From an uncultured Actinomycetota bacterium (lineage in GTDB: Bacteria; Actinomycetota; Aquicultoria; Subteraquimicrobiales; CAYFXD01), in the NCBI GenBank assembly GCA_964347095.1, contig CAYFXD010000118.1, positions 1 to 41,928 on the forward strand: DNA of 41,928 bases, written 5' to 3'. The notes below the pieces were generated by a model. That model searched no databases, had not been told where the DNA came from, and was given only the letters and a program-made list of their open reading frames with translations. Made by a program: the position numbers and the translations under genes. Position 1 is the first letter of the stretch, and each line of letters starts with the position of its first letter. This document shows, in pieces, positions 9,507 through 18,700 of the stretch.

Positions 9507-9521
9507 TAGGGACTGGTTGGT

Positions 9522-11123
9522 ATGGAAAAAGCTGATGTTAGATTGTACGACACAACATTGAGGGACGGCTCGCAGAGGGAGGGGCTTTCTTTCTCTGTTC
9601 AGGACAAGTTGAAAATCGCGGAGAAACTCGACGAGCTGGGGATCCACTATATTGAGGGTGGCTGGCCAGGATCAAACCCCAAGGACATTGATTTCTTCTC
9701 CGCAATCAAGCGGAAAGTGCTTAAGAACGCCAAGATCGTGGCATTTGGCAGCACCCGGCGCAAGAACATCAGAGCTGAGGAGGATAAAAACCTGCAGGCT
9801 CTGCTCAAAGCTGGGACAGACACTATCTGCATTTTTGGCAAGAGCTGGGATGTTCATGTAACCAGTGTCTTGATTACTACTCTGGACGAGAATCTCAAGA
9901 TGATCAACGATTCGATAGTGTACCTGAAGAATAAAGGTCTTGAGGTCATCTATGATGCCGAGCACTTCTTCGACGGATACTTAAAGAACAAGGAATATGC
10001 AATGGAGACCTTGCATGTAGCTGAGTCAGCTGGTGCCGATATTATAGTCTTATGCGAGACCAACGGCGGAGTGATGCCCGGCGAGGTTGCAAGGATTGTT
10101 AAAGAGGTCAAGCAGAAGATCAGCCTTCCCCTGGGCATTCATGCTCACGACGATTCAGGATGCGCCGTTGCCAACTCCATAGTGGCAGTGGAGCAAGGTG
10201 TGACCCAAGTACAGGGAACTATAAATGGATATGGTGAGCGTTGTGGAAATGCCAACCTGGTCTCTGTTATTCCCAATCTGGTTCTGAAGCTCGGGATCCA
10301 ATGTGTGGGCAGAGAGCAGTTGGCGCAATTAACTGAGGTGGCACACCACATCAGTGAAATTGCCAATGTTGCACCCGATCCTCATCAACCTTATGTGGGA
10401 GAGAGCGCTTTTGCTCATAAGGGAGGTGTGCATGTCAGCGCTGTGCTGAGGCAAAAGGGTGCGTATGAACACATCGACCCTATTTCTGTGGGTAATGCGC
10501 AGCGGATTCTGGTTTCGGAGCTGTCGGGGGCGAAAACAGTTATTCAAAAGGCGAACGAAATAGCAGGCATTGATTTGTCACATGATGAGGAAAAAGTGGC
10601 GGCTATTTTGAAAAAACTGAAAAAGCATGAGCATGAAGGGTACCATTATGAGGCAGCCGACGGCTCTTTCGCTCTGTTTGTTATGAAGAATATTGGAGCC
10701 TACAAGCCCCTCTTTGAATTGGAAAGCTACAAGGTGACAATTGATCGTTGGCGGTCTGGCAAATACGATACCGAAGCCATTGTCAAATTGCGGGTGCACG
10801 GTCATCGATTTGTCGAAGTAGCGGAGGGAAACGGACCAGTCAATGCTTTGGACAGTGCAGCAAGGAAAGCTCTTCGTACTGCATATCCGCAGTTGGCCCA
10901 GATTGACCTGGTAGACTACAAAGTACGAGTATTGAGCGAAGAGAAAGGAACAGCCGCCAACGTGAGGGTTCTCATTGAGCATGCTGATGAACATAGTTCT
11001 TGGGGCACAGTGGGCGTCTCGGAAAACATCATAGACGCCAGCTGGGAGGCCTTAGTGGACGGCATCGAATATGGACTGATCTACCGAGACAAGGCCGTGG
11101 GCAAATCCAAGGAAAGAGAATAA
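9522..11123 (+). CDS. cimA: Citramalate synthase-type LeuA paralogue (2-isopropylmalate/citramalate synthase family)
   Basis: 533 aa. It has LYDTTLRDGSQREG, HAHDDSGCAVANS and a long C-terminal allosteric domain. This overall pattern is what I associate with CimA-type enzymes rather than LeuA, and a canonical leuA is already present at 3466. Confidence 0.75.
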   Translation: MEKADVRLYDTTLRDGSQREGLSFSVQDKLKIAEKLDELGIHYIEGGWPGSNPKDIDFFSAIKRKVLKNAKIVAFGSTRRKNIRAEEDKNLQALLKAGTDTICIFGKSWDVHVTSVLITTLDENLKMINDSIVYLKNKGLEVIYDAEHFFDGYLKNKEYAMETLHVAESAGADIIVLCETNGGVMPGEVARIVKEVKQKISLPLGIHAHDDSGCAVANSIVAVEQGVTQVQGTINGYGERCGNANLVSVIPNLVLKLGIQCVGREQLAQLTEVAHHISEIANVAPDPHQPYVGESAFAHKGGVHVSAVLRQKGAYEHIDPISVGNAQRILVSELSGAKTVIQKANEIAGIDLSHDEEKVAAILKKLKKHEHEGYHYEAADGSFALFVMKNIGAYKPLFELESYKVTIDRWRSGKYDTEAIVKLRVHGHRFVEVAEGNGPVNALDSAARKALRTAYPQLAQIDLVDYKVRVLSEEKGTAANVRVLIEHADEHSSWGTVGVSENIIDASWEALVDGIEYGLIYRDKAVGKSKERE

Positions 11124-11253
11124 AAAACGCATAAATAACCAATTTAAAATCAGGAACATCACACTTCATTCACGGACAGCCGAGTGTGCGTCCATGCCAA
11201 CCTTCAACTGAATCCCGAGCCAGAGAACGCAATACTGACCTAATGGGAGTCCA

Positions 11254-12030
11254 ATGAGATTTGTCCGTTTCTGCCACAAGGACAAGACACACTACGGGAT
11301 TTTGCGGGGCGACGCGGTCCAAGAAATTAGAGGAGATCCTTTTGGACACGTCACGGTGACTGGAGTAGAGCACCATATCGATGAAGCGCAGCTGCGTGCG
11401 CCTGTTTTACCCTCCAAAGTGGTGGCGGTGGGGTTAAACTACAGAGATCATGCTGAAGAACTCAAAATGGCGATTCCCCAAAATCCCATTTTGTTTATGA
11501 AACCGCCAACCTCAATTATTGGACCCGGTGACGCCGTCGTCTATCCGAACATGTCAAAACAGGTGGACTATGAGGCGGAACTGGTCGTCGTGATTGGAGA
11601 TCAGATAAGGGATGTGGCAGTCGAACGCGCGTGTGCACATATCCTCGGCTATACCTGCGGAAATGATATAACCGCCAGAGACCTGCAGAAAAGAGACGGA
11701 CAATGGACCAGGGCCAAAAGCTTCGACACCTTCAGCCCGCTGGGCCCCTGGATCGAGACTGAGCTGGATCCTCTGGATACCAATATTGAAATGTGGCTCA
11801 ACGGCAAAAAAGTCCAAGCATCTTCGACTTCGAATATGATCTTTGACGTATTCGAGCTGGTCAGTTTTATATCACAGATCATGACTCTGCTGCCGGGCGA
11901 TATAATAATGACTGGTACTCCGCCGGGAGTGGGCTCGGTACAGCCCGGAGATACTACCGAAGTAAGAATCACCGGCATCGGAACTCTCAAAAACCATATT
12001 ATCAGGGTCAGACCTCCGGACATTATTTGA
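11254..12030 (+). CDS. Fumarylacetoacetate hydrolase (FAH) family protein
   Basis: 258 aa. It has GLNYRDHAEE, DYEAELVVVIG and LLPGDIIMTGTPPGVG motifs typical of FAH-fold hydratases/decarboxylases. Confidence 0.85.
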   Translation: MRFVRFCHKDKTHYGILRGDAVQEIRGDPFGHVTVTGVEHHIDEAQLRAPVLPSKVVAVGLNYRDHAEELKMAIPQNPILFMKPPTSIIGPGDAVVYPNMSKQVDYEAELVVVIGDQIRDVAVERACAHILGYTCGNDITARDLQKRDGQWTRAKSFDTFSPLGPWIETELDPLDTNIEMWLNGKKVQASSTSNMIFDVFELVSFISQIMTLLPGDIIMTGTPPGVGSVQPGDTTEVRITGIGTLKNHIIRVRPPDII

Positions 12031-12146
12031 ACTGCGGCCGGAAGTTCTTATTTCTAATTTCCCTATTTAGGGAGGTGTGCTCGCCGATGGCTGGCAATAA
12101 GAAGCTGCGAGGCGGCATCATAATTCAACCGCCCCTTTGACCTGAT

Positions 12147-12779
12147 CTAGGGAGTAGCTACTATGAGCACGAAAACTCCCAAAAGTAGGGTTCGCTCCTC
12201 GATGATCCGAAAGCCCGCTTGATGGACATTTGATACTGTTTCGCGGTTGATGTTTACTCCGGTTATCCGGACCACTGCTGGGTTGAGCAGGTCAAAAATC
12301 TTGCCCAAAATACCTCTTGGTCTCATGTGTTCAAAAAGCACAGCATGGCCGGTCTCTTTCAAAACCCGTCTCAACTCTCGCAGGCCTTTGACCGGCTCAG
12401 GGACTGAACAGAACACAAATGTGGCCAATGTGCTGTTGAAAGACCGGTCAGGTAGATCCAGATTCTGGACATCCATCTCCCTCAATTGGATTTTTGCCTG
12501 CGGCTGCTTCAGGCTGCGGAGCCGCTCTCTGGATTTGGCCAGCATCCTGCGACTGACATCAGTCGCGAGAACATCGAACTCGTTTGAGTAGAAAGGAAGG
12601 TTCTTGCCTGTGCCTACGCCGACCTCCAAGATCGCGGGTCCCTTTAGCTTGGAGATCGCCACCCTTCTCCATCGGCGAAAGAGAAGGAACTCCATAGGAA
12701 GCTCATAAAGGTCATAATAGGGGGAGATGCTGTCATATTTTGATTTGACATACTCTGTTCGATTATTCAGATGTTCCAT
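12147..12779 (-). CDS. Class I SAM-dependent methyltransferase
   Basis: It has the SAM-binding motif ILEVGVGTGKN followed by DVSRRML. I place the start at the internal Met (MEHLNNRTEYV). The 50-aa N-terminal extension of the track ORF (to 12929) has no recognisable content. Confidence 0.7.
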   Translation of the reverse strand: MEHLNNRTEYVKSKYDSISPYYDLYELPMEFLLFRRWRRVAISKLKGPAILEVGVGTGKNLPFYSNEFDVLATDVSRRMLAKSRERLRSLKQPQAKIQLREMDVQNLDLPDRSFNSTLATFVFCSVPEPVKGLRELRRVLKETGHAVLFEHMRPRGILGKIFDLLNPAVVRITGVNINRETVSNVHQAGFRIIEERTLLLGVFVLIVATP

Positions 12780-13133
12780 TGTTATTCCCAGTTCATGATA
12801 TCTTTTTGGCTCTTGGATTTGGATCTGAGCTGTTTTTGGTGGCATCACTCTGATCAAAACCGTTTTGGTTGCTACTCGACTATCTTGAAGTCTAGAACAA
12901 TTGGTGACTACTGTTAACCTGTTTCTCAAATGCGTGCCCTGTTTTTCCTGAATACAGGAATGAAGATGCAGGAATTAGGATCAGAAGATGAGAAAATAAT
13001 GGTGGCATAATGTAATAATTCGGGATCTAGAAGAATCCTGGCTTTTAGTGCAATTTCAACCCTCATACCTCTAGGCTCTCTGGACAAGGGAGGAACACGG
13101 ATATACCAGGTGAAACAACGAGGAGGCGAAGCC

Positions 13134-13409
13134 ATGAGTGCCGAGAACCACAAAGTGCAAATTACAGTAAGAGAGATCCAGGGACGGGGGATGTGTGCCT
13201 ACGGGATTAATCCGCAGGATTCTTGGGTCATTTCCAGCGAAGAGACTCCAGCAAACTTCTGCTCCTGGGCTCTGCAAGCTATCTTCCCATTCCTTGCTGT
13301 TTTGAGGTTTGGCGGCAAGTTTCCTTGGGAGGAGGACAAGGATACTGCAGTTGTATGCTGTCCAGATCCGCACAATCCTGTAGTGTTTGAGTTGAAGAGG
13401 ATCGAATAG
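13134..13409 (+). CDS. Small cysteine-containing protein resembling the TIGR04076 family
   Basis: GAGGAGG sits 7 nt before ATG 13134. The NFCSWAL and VVCCPDPHNPVVFELKRIE segments match my memory of the TIGR04076 pattern (FCPWAW ... VCC.DG.RPV.F.L.R). Confidence 0.65.
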   Translation: MSAENHKVQITVREIQGRGMCAYGINPQDSWVISSEETPANFCSWALQAIFPFLAVLRFGGKFPWEEDKDTAVVCCPDPHNPVVFELKRIE

Positions 13410-13440
13410 CGCACCAGAGGGCTGTGCCACGGAGAGGGCG

Positions 13441-14247
13441 ATGAGCAGCGCATTATTAACCAAAAGAGCAAAAAGCGTCTTTCCATTTTCTGTGATAGTA
13501 TTGCTGCTCCTGCTGTGCACTGTGATCGGATGTGCTATTGTGACCAGACTGCAAGAGGAGTCGAGAGCCGTAGATGCTGGTCGAGCCAAAGTTGTGGACG
13601 CCACCATAAGAATGGATGCGGGAAAGCTGAGCATCGAAGCGAGCAGGGAGAGATTGCTGGAGGCTGACTTCCGATACAACGTTGCCTCCTGGAGACCGGA
13701 GATTTCGTACAGGACTCAGGGTATCAGGGGGGATCTAAGGGTAGAACAGCCCGCCGGCGCCAAAGGGATCCCCCTCGGCAAGGTCCGCTATGAGTGGGCA
13801 TTGAGGCTGGGCAAGGACATACCAATGAATCTCAGAATTGATCTAGGGGCTGGAGAGAGCGATCTCCAGCTAGGAGACCTATTACTGGAGAGACTTTCTA
13901 TAAGCACCGGCGCGGGAAACACCAAGCTTGGTCTAACTGGGAGACCGGCTCCCAGCAGACTAAATCTGGATGTTGGCGCCGGAGATATTGACGTAGACTT
14001 AACTGGCCGTTGGAGAGATGATCTGGATGCCAGAATCAAGGGAGGAGTGGGCAATGTTGAATTGCAGCTTCCCCGTGATATCGGCGTACGTGTCGCCATT
14101 CAGCGTGGTGTAGGGAAGATCAAAACAACAGGTCTGAGCAAGGAAGGAGGGGCATTTGTTAATGAGGCCTACGGCGTCTCAAAGGCCACCTTAGACATTG
14201 ACATAAAATCCGGCGTAGGTCAGATAGATCTGCAGGTTGAGAGATGA
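13441..14247 (+). CDS. Membrane-anchored toastrack / DUF2154-DUF4097-like (LiaF/LiaG C-terminal-like) protein
   Basis: 268 aa. It has an N-terminal TM helix (FPFSVIVLLLLLCTVIGCAIV). This is followed by repeated beta-strand units with G.G motifs: DLGAGESDLQLG, STGAGNTKLGL, DVGAGDIDVDL, KGGVGNVELQL, QRGVGKIKT and KSGVGQIDLQV. Confidence 0.7.
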   Translation: MSSALLTKRAKSVFPFSVIVLLLLLCTVIGCAIVTRLQEESRAVDAGRAKVVDATIRMDAGKLSIEASRERLLEADFRYNVASWRPEISYRTQGIRGDLRVEQPAGAKGIPLGKVRYEWALRLGKDIPMNLRIDLGAGESDLQLGDLLLERLSISTGAGNTKLGLTGRPAPSRLNLDVGAGDIDVDLTGRWRDDLDARIKGGVGNVELQLPRDIGVRVAIQRGVGKIKTTGLSKEGGAFVNEAYGVSKATLDIDIKSGVGQIDLQVER

Positions 14248-14343
14248 GCCTATTGCATCTACGCAAATCGAATATGGTAGTATTGAGAAGTTGACAAGAG
14301 ATGCGATTAAATACTGACTGAACCGTTCATCAGCGGAGGAGAA

Positions 14344-14826
14344 ATGGAAAATCTCTGGCGACCTTGGAGGATCAAGTACATCTTGGGCGATAAGGAAAAA
14401 GGCTGTATCTTCTGCGACAAACTCAGGGAGCAGAAGGACACGGAGAATTACATACTACGCAGGTCAGAGACGTCATTCATCATGCTGAATATCTATCCCT
14501 ATAATAACGGCCACCTCATGGTTGTACCATATAAGCATGTTGCCAGTTTTGAGGGCCTGAGCAAAGACGAACTTGGTGAGCTTATGCAAATGGTCAATCT
14601 GTGCACAGAACTTCTGAAGAAAACCATGCGGCCTGATGGCTTCAATATAGGTGTGAATCTGGGCAGAGTAGCGGGCGCGGGTGTTAAAGACCATGTTCAC
14701 ATCCACGTTGTTCCGAGATGGACAGGGGATACGAATTTCATGCCTGTCCTCGCGGACGTGCGAGTCATACCCGAAGGGCTTGACTCAGTATATGAAAGCC
14801 TAGCAAGGGCGGTGGAGACGTTATAG
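14344..14826 (+). CDS. HIT family protein (Ap4A phosphorylase / nucleotidyl hydrolase-like)
   Basis: 160 aa. It carries the histidine triad HVHIHVVPRW and the N-terminal LWRPWRIKYI...GCIFC seen in this HIT subgroup. Confidence 0.85.
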   Translation: MENLWRPWRIKYILGDKEKGCIFCDKLREQKDTENYILRRSETSFIMLNIYPYNNGHLMVVPYKHVASFEGLSKDELGELMQMVNLCTELLKKTMRPDGFNIGVNLGRVAGAGVKDHVHIHVVPRWTGDTNFMPVLADVRVIPEGLDSVYESLARAVETL

Positions 14827-14868
14827 GCTGAAACGGGTGTACGGCTCGCTGGCTACTGAGCGTCTCAT

Positions 14869-14940
14869 ATCCCCAATTAGGGACTCCTAGCTGCTGATTG
14901 CTGACTTGGCCCCCCAATCCTGAACCCCGGACTCCGAATC
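14869..14940. repeat. Family D short repeat, copy D1
   Basis: TCCCCAATTAGGGACTCC and CCTGAACCCCGGACTCCGAATC parallel ACCCTGAATTCGGGACTAC and CCCCTGAACCCTGAATTC of D2. Confidence 0.35.
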
Positions 14941-15007
14941 TAAAGTTTCGCCTGGATACATACGATATAGAATCTGAATATCTGAGTTCTCCGACAAAGG
15001 TCGATCG

Positions 15008-15400
15008 ATGGAAGATGTGTTTAAGCCAGGCAAGACAGACGTGCAAGCTGAGCGTGGGGATGGCTTGGAGAATGAGATTGAAAAGAAACATGACCGGCAG
15101 GTCGTCATTTCTGTGCTAATTGTTGTATTCATGGTCTTCTTGGTTGTTGGCTGGGTGAATTTTCAGTCGGGCAAATCTTTTAATGTCCCTGACCAGATCA
15201 TGTATGAGAATGCGGTGTATCACACCCAAGGTGAGATAATTGAGGCCGAAGATTTGACGAGCACTGGCCAAAAGATAGACAAGATGGAGATTTATATTGT
15301 GGAAGCCACATCCGGCAAAACATATTCCAAGCCTGCGCACAAAGTTTTTCTGAAAGTGGGCGAGGACTATGTTGTATATGTTATGAAAAAGAGCAGGTAA
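15008..15400 (+). CDS. Hypothetical single-pass membrane protein
   Basis: 130-aa ORF with one clear TM helix (VVISVLIVVFMVFLVVGWV). The ribosome-binding site is weak and I recognise no family. Confidence 0.4.
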   Translation: MEDVFKPGKTDVQAERGDGLENEIEKKHDRQVVISVLIVVFMVFLVVGWVNFQSGKSFNVPDQIMYENAVYHTQGEIIEAEDLTSTGQKIDKMEIYIVEATSGKTYSKPAHKVFLKVGEDYVVYVMKKSR

Positions 15401-15524
15401 TCTCCCAGATGCCGATCGTAGCGAAGCTAAGCCCCCCTCCTAAGTGCACACTCCAATGTACAAACTTCTCGCAAATTAATGCGTCTTCTTGTGTTAAAAT
15501 CAGTACTTGGTTGTTGGTAGTTGG

Positions 15525-15770
15525 CCGGACTGTTGACAAGTCTAAAATGTCCTAGATTGTCATTGCAGTCCAGATGCGTTAGGCCGGGTGTCAGTGTCTC
15601 TGTAAAGGTTACGGTTAGGAAGCCTGTGTCCCAAACTCGGTTTGCAGTTGGCAGTTTGCGGTTCGCGCAAGATCAAAACCAGCGTTTATCGGCTATCGGT
15701 TTACCGTGAACGGTGACGCGTGAACTGGTCTTGGGCGCTAACCGCGTGCCAAAAAAAACCGCACACCGAC
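15525..15770 (+). repeat. Family A intergenic repeat, copy A3 (long form, upstream of dnaE)
   Basis: GCAGTTTGCGGTTCGCGCAAGATCAAAACCAGCGTTTATCGGCTATCGGTTTACCGTGAACGGTGACGCGTGAACTGGTCTTGGGCGCTAACC...AAAACCGCACACCGA matches A2 and A4. A further 5-prime module, TTGACA-N17-ATTGTCATTGCAGTCCAG, is shared with A4. Confidence 0.7.
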
Positions 15771-15798
15771 TTACTATCTTCACAGGAGCGTGCTCTTC

Positions 15799-18700
15799 TT
15801 GGCTAATTTTGTTCATCTTCATACCCACTCGGAATACTCACTTCTGGACGGTGCGGCAAGATTGAAGGATATGATCCAGCGGGCCAAAGAACTGCAGATG
15901 CCCGCACTGGCCCTTACTGATCACGGTTCAATGTACGGGGTCATTGCCTTCTACGAAACTGCACTTGAGGAGGGGATAAAACCGATCATTGGATGCGAGG
16001 TCTATGTTGCCCCCAAAAGCCGGTTTGACAAGTCACCACGCAAAGAAGATGCCCCGTTTCACCTGGTGTTATTGGCCGAAGCCAACGAAGGCTACAAAAA
16101 CCTAATGAAAATTTGCAGCCTTGGTTTCGTAGATGGGTTCTATTACAGACCTCGGATTGACAAAGAAGTACTGAGGGAGCACCATCAAGGGATAATTGCG
16201 CTCAGCGGCTGTATATCAGGGGAGATTGCTCGGCTGATTCAAGCACAAACGCTGGAACAGGCAAGATGCGTGGCCCGAGAGTATCAATCCATATTCGGAA
16301 GAGATAATTTCTTCATTGAGCTGCAAAACCAGAAACTGGAAGAACAGGAAGCAATCAATCAAGAGCTGGTTAGAATAGCGAAGGAACTGGATATTCCCAT
16401 GGTGGCTACCAACGATTCTCACTATACTTTTAAGTCTGATCATGTTGCTCACGACGTGCTTCTCTGCATTCAGACAGGTTCAACTCTCGATGAGCAAGAC
16501 CGTCTTAAATTTGGCTCGGAGGAGTTCTATCTTAAGAGTCGAGAGGAAATGGCGGAAGCCTTTCCCCAACACCCTGAAGCGCTGGATAATAGCGTGGCGA
16601 TCGCAGATAGGTGCAATGTTGAAATCGACTTCGGCAAGATATACTTGCCCCGGTTTGAAATACCGGCTGGCACTAATCTATATACTTATCTTGCCAAGCT
16701 CTGTCGCGAAGGTTTGGAAAGGCGCTATGGACACATCATGCCGGAAGTTGAGCAAAGATTGAACCACGAGCTATCCGTGATTGAGCAGACCGGCTTCGGT
16801 GACTACTTTTTGGTTGTCTGGGATTTCGTAAACTATGCGCGCAAGAACGGTATAAGGGTCGGACCAGGCAGAGGCAGTGCCGCCGGAAGTATCGTCTCTT
16901 ATGGTCTTGGAATTACCAGCCTTGATCCCATCAAGCACGGGTTGCTGTTCGAGAGATTTCTTAATCCCGAACGTATTACCATGCCCGACATCGACATCGA
17001 TTTCTGTTATGAGCGCCGTGACGAAGTTATTGAGTATGTTACGGAGAAATACGGTCAAGACAAAGTGGCTCAGATCATAACGTTCGGTACCATGGCCGCC
17101 AGGGCGGCCATAAGGGATGCCGGAAGGGTCTTTAATGTCCCCTATGGGCAGGTGGACAGGATTGCCAAGATGATTCCTGAAATGCCAGGCACGACCATTG
17201 AAGATGCGCTGAGGATCTCATCGGATCTGGCTCAAGAGTATGAAGAAAACGAGGTAACCAGAAAGATCATTGATACGGCAAGAGCCCTGGAAGGTCTGGC
17301 CAGGCAGGACTCAATACATGCCGCGGGCGTGGTGATTTCCGTTGATAGCTTGACAAACTACACACCAATACAAAGAAAAGGTGATGCCGAGACAGTAACC
17401 CAATATTGCATGGACGACATAAAGCAAATCGGTCTGCTAAAAATGGATTTTCTGGGCCTCCGCACGTTAACAGTTATCGATAATGCGATGCAGATCATCA
17501 AACGCACCCGGGATAAGGAAGTCCAGATTGATGAAATAGACTTTGAGGACAAAAAGACATTTCAGATGCTGAGAAAGGGCCAGAGCATCGGGGTGTTTCA
17601 GCTAGAAAGCTCCGGCATGCGATCTCTCCTGAAAGATCTCCAGCCGACTACTTTCGAGGATATCATTAATCTCCTGGCACTCTATCGGCCCGGGCCTCTA
17701 GGCAGCAATATGGTGAAGGACTTTGTAGATCGAAGACACGGCCGGCAGTCCATTAGCTATCTGCATCCCCTATTAGAGCCAATCCTTCGAGACACCTATG
17801 GCATAATTGTCTATCAGGAACAGGTCATGAAGATCGCCAGCGAGCTGGCAGGTTTTACCATGTCCGAAGCTGATATTTTTCGCGCTGCAATGAGCAAGAA
17901 AAAGCCTGAAGTTCTGGCTGAGCAGCGAGAGAAGTTTATAGGCGGGGCGATATCAAAAGGGATCAGCCAGGATACAGCTGGCGAAGTGTTTGACTTGATG
18001 GTCCACTTTGCAGGCTACGGTTTTAACCGTTCTCATTCCGCTGCATATGCAGTCATCTCATTTCAGACCGCCTTCTTGAAGGCCAACTGCCGAGTGGAGT
18101 TCATGGCGGCTTTGTTGACTTCAATTATGAGCAACAAGGACAAAGTAGCCCAATACATTAATGAATGTCGCAGGCTTGGAATAGGCATCCTGCCGCCTGA
18201 TGTTAATGAGAGCTTCAGGGGTTTTACTGTTGTCAACGATCCTGCATCAGGAAAACAATCAATTCGGTTCGGGCTGTCAGCGGTGCGCAATATCGGAGAC
18301 AACGCCATCGAATCAATTATCGCGGCCCGCAAGAATAAGGGCAATTTTGCCAATTTGCAGGATTTCTGTGAGAAAGTGGAGATGAGCGTGATCAATAAAA
18401 GGGCCTTGGAGAGCCTTATCAAGTGCGGAGCTTTTGATTTCTGTGGAATGAGCCGCAAGTATATGCTGGGAATTTATGAGCAGGCAATTGAAGCGGGGCT
18501 CCGCAGACAGAAGGACATTCAGGCTGGTCAATTCACCTTCTTTGATCTTGGCAGTGCTGAGGAGAGCGGTCAACTTACGGAGTATCTTATTTCGGAGAAT
18601 GAGGCCGGCAATGAATTTGCCAAGGACCAACTTCTAAGTTATGAAAAAGAGATGCTAGGCTTATATGTATCAGACCACCCCTTGCTCGGTCTTGAGAATA

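Noticed and set aside
12780-13133. ORFs 12926-13153 (-) and 13071-13679 (-) in the divergent region and opposite the TIGR04076-like and toastrack genes.
   Set aside because: There are no motifs and no ribosome-binding site. They overlap better-supported genes on the other strand.
14292-14320. A TTGACA hexamer upstream of the HIT gene, considered as a promoter.
   Set aside because: No acceptable -10 hexamer lies at 16-18 nt spacing. The evidence is too weak to report as a feature.
15521-15709. A 62-aa ORF inside repeat copy A3. Comparable ORFs at 28038-28268 (+) and 28125-28328 (-) lie in or beside copy A4.
   Set aside because: The reading frames are not conserved between repeat copies, because indels shift the frame and the copies are in opposite orientation. 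There is no ribosome-binding site. The sequence is better explained as a non-coding repeat.
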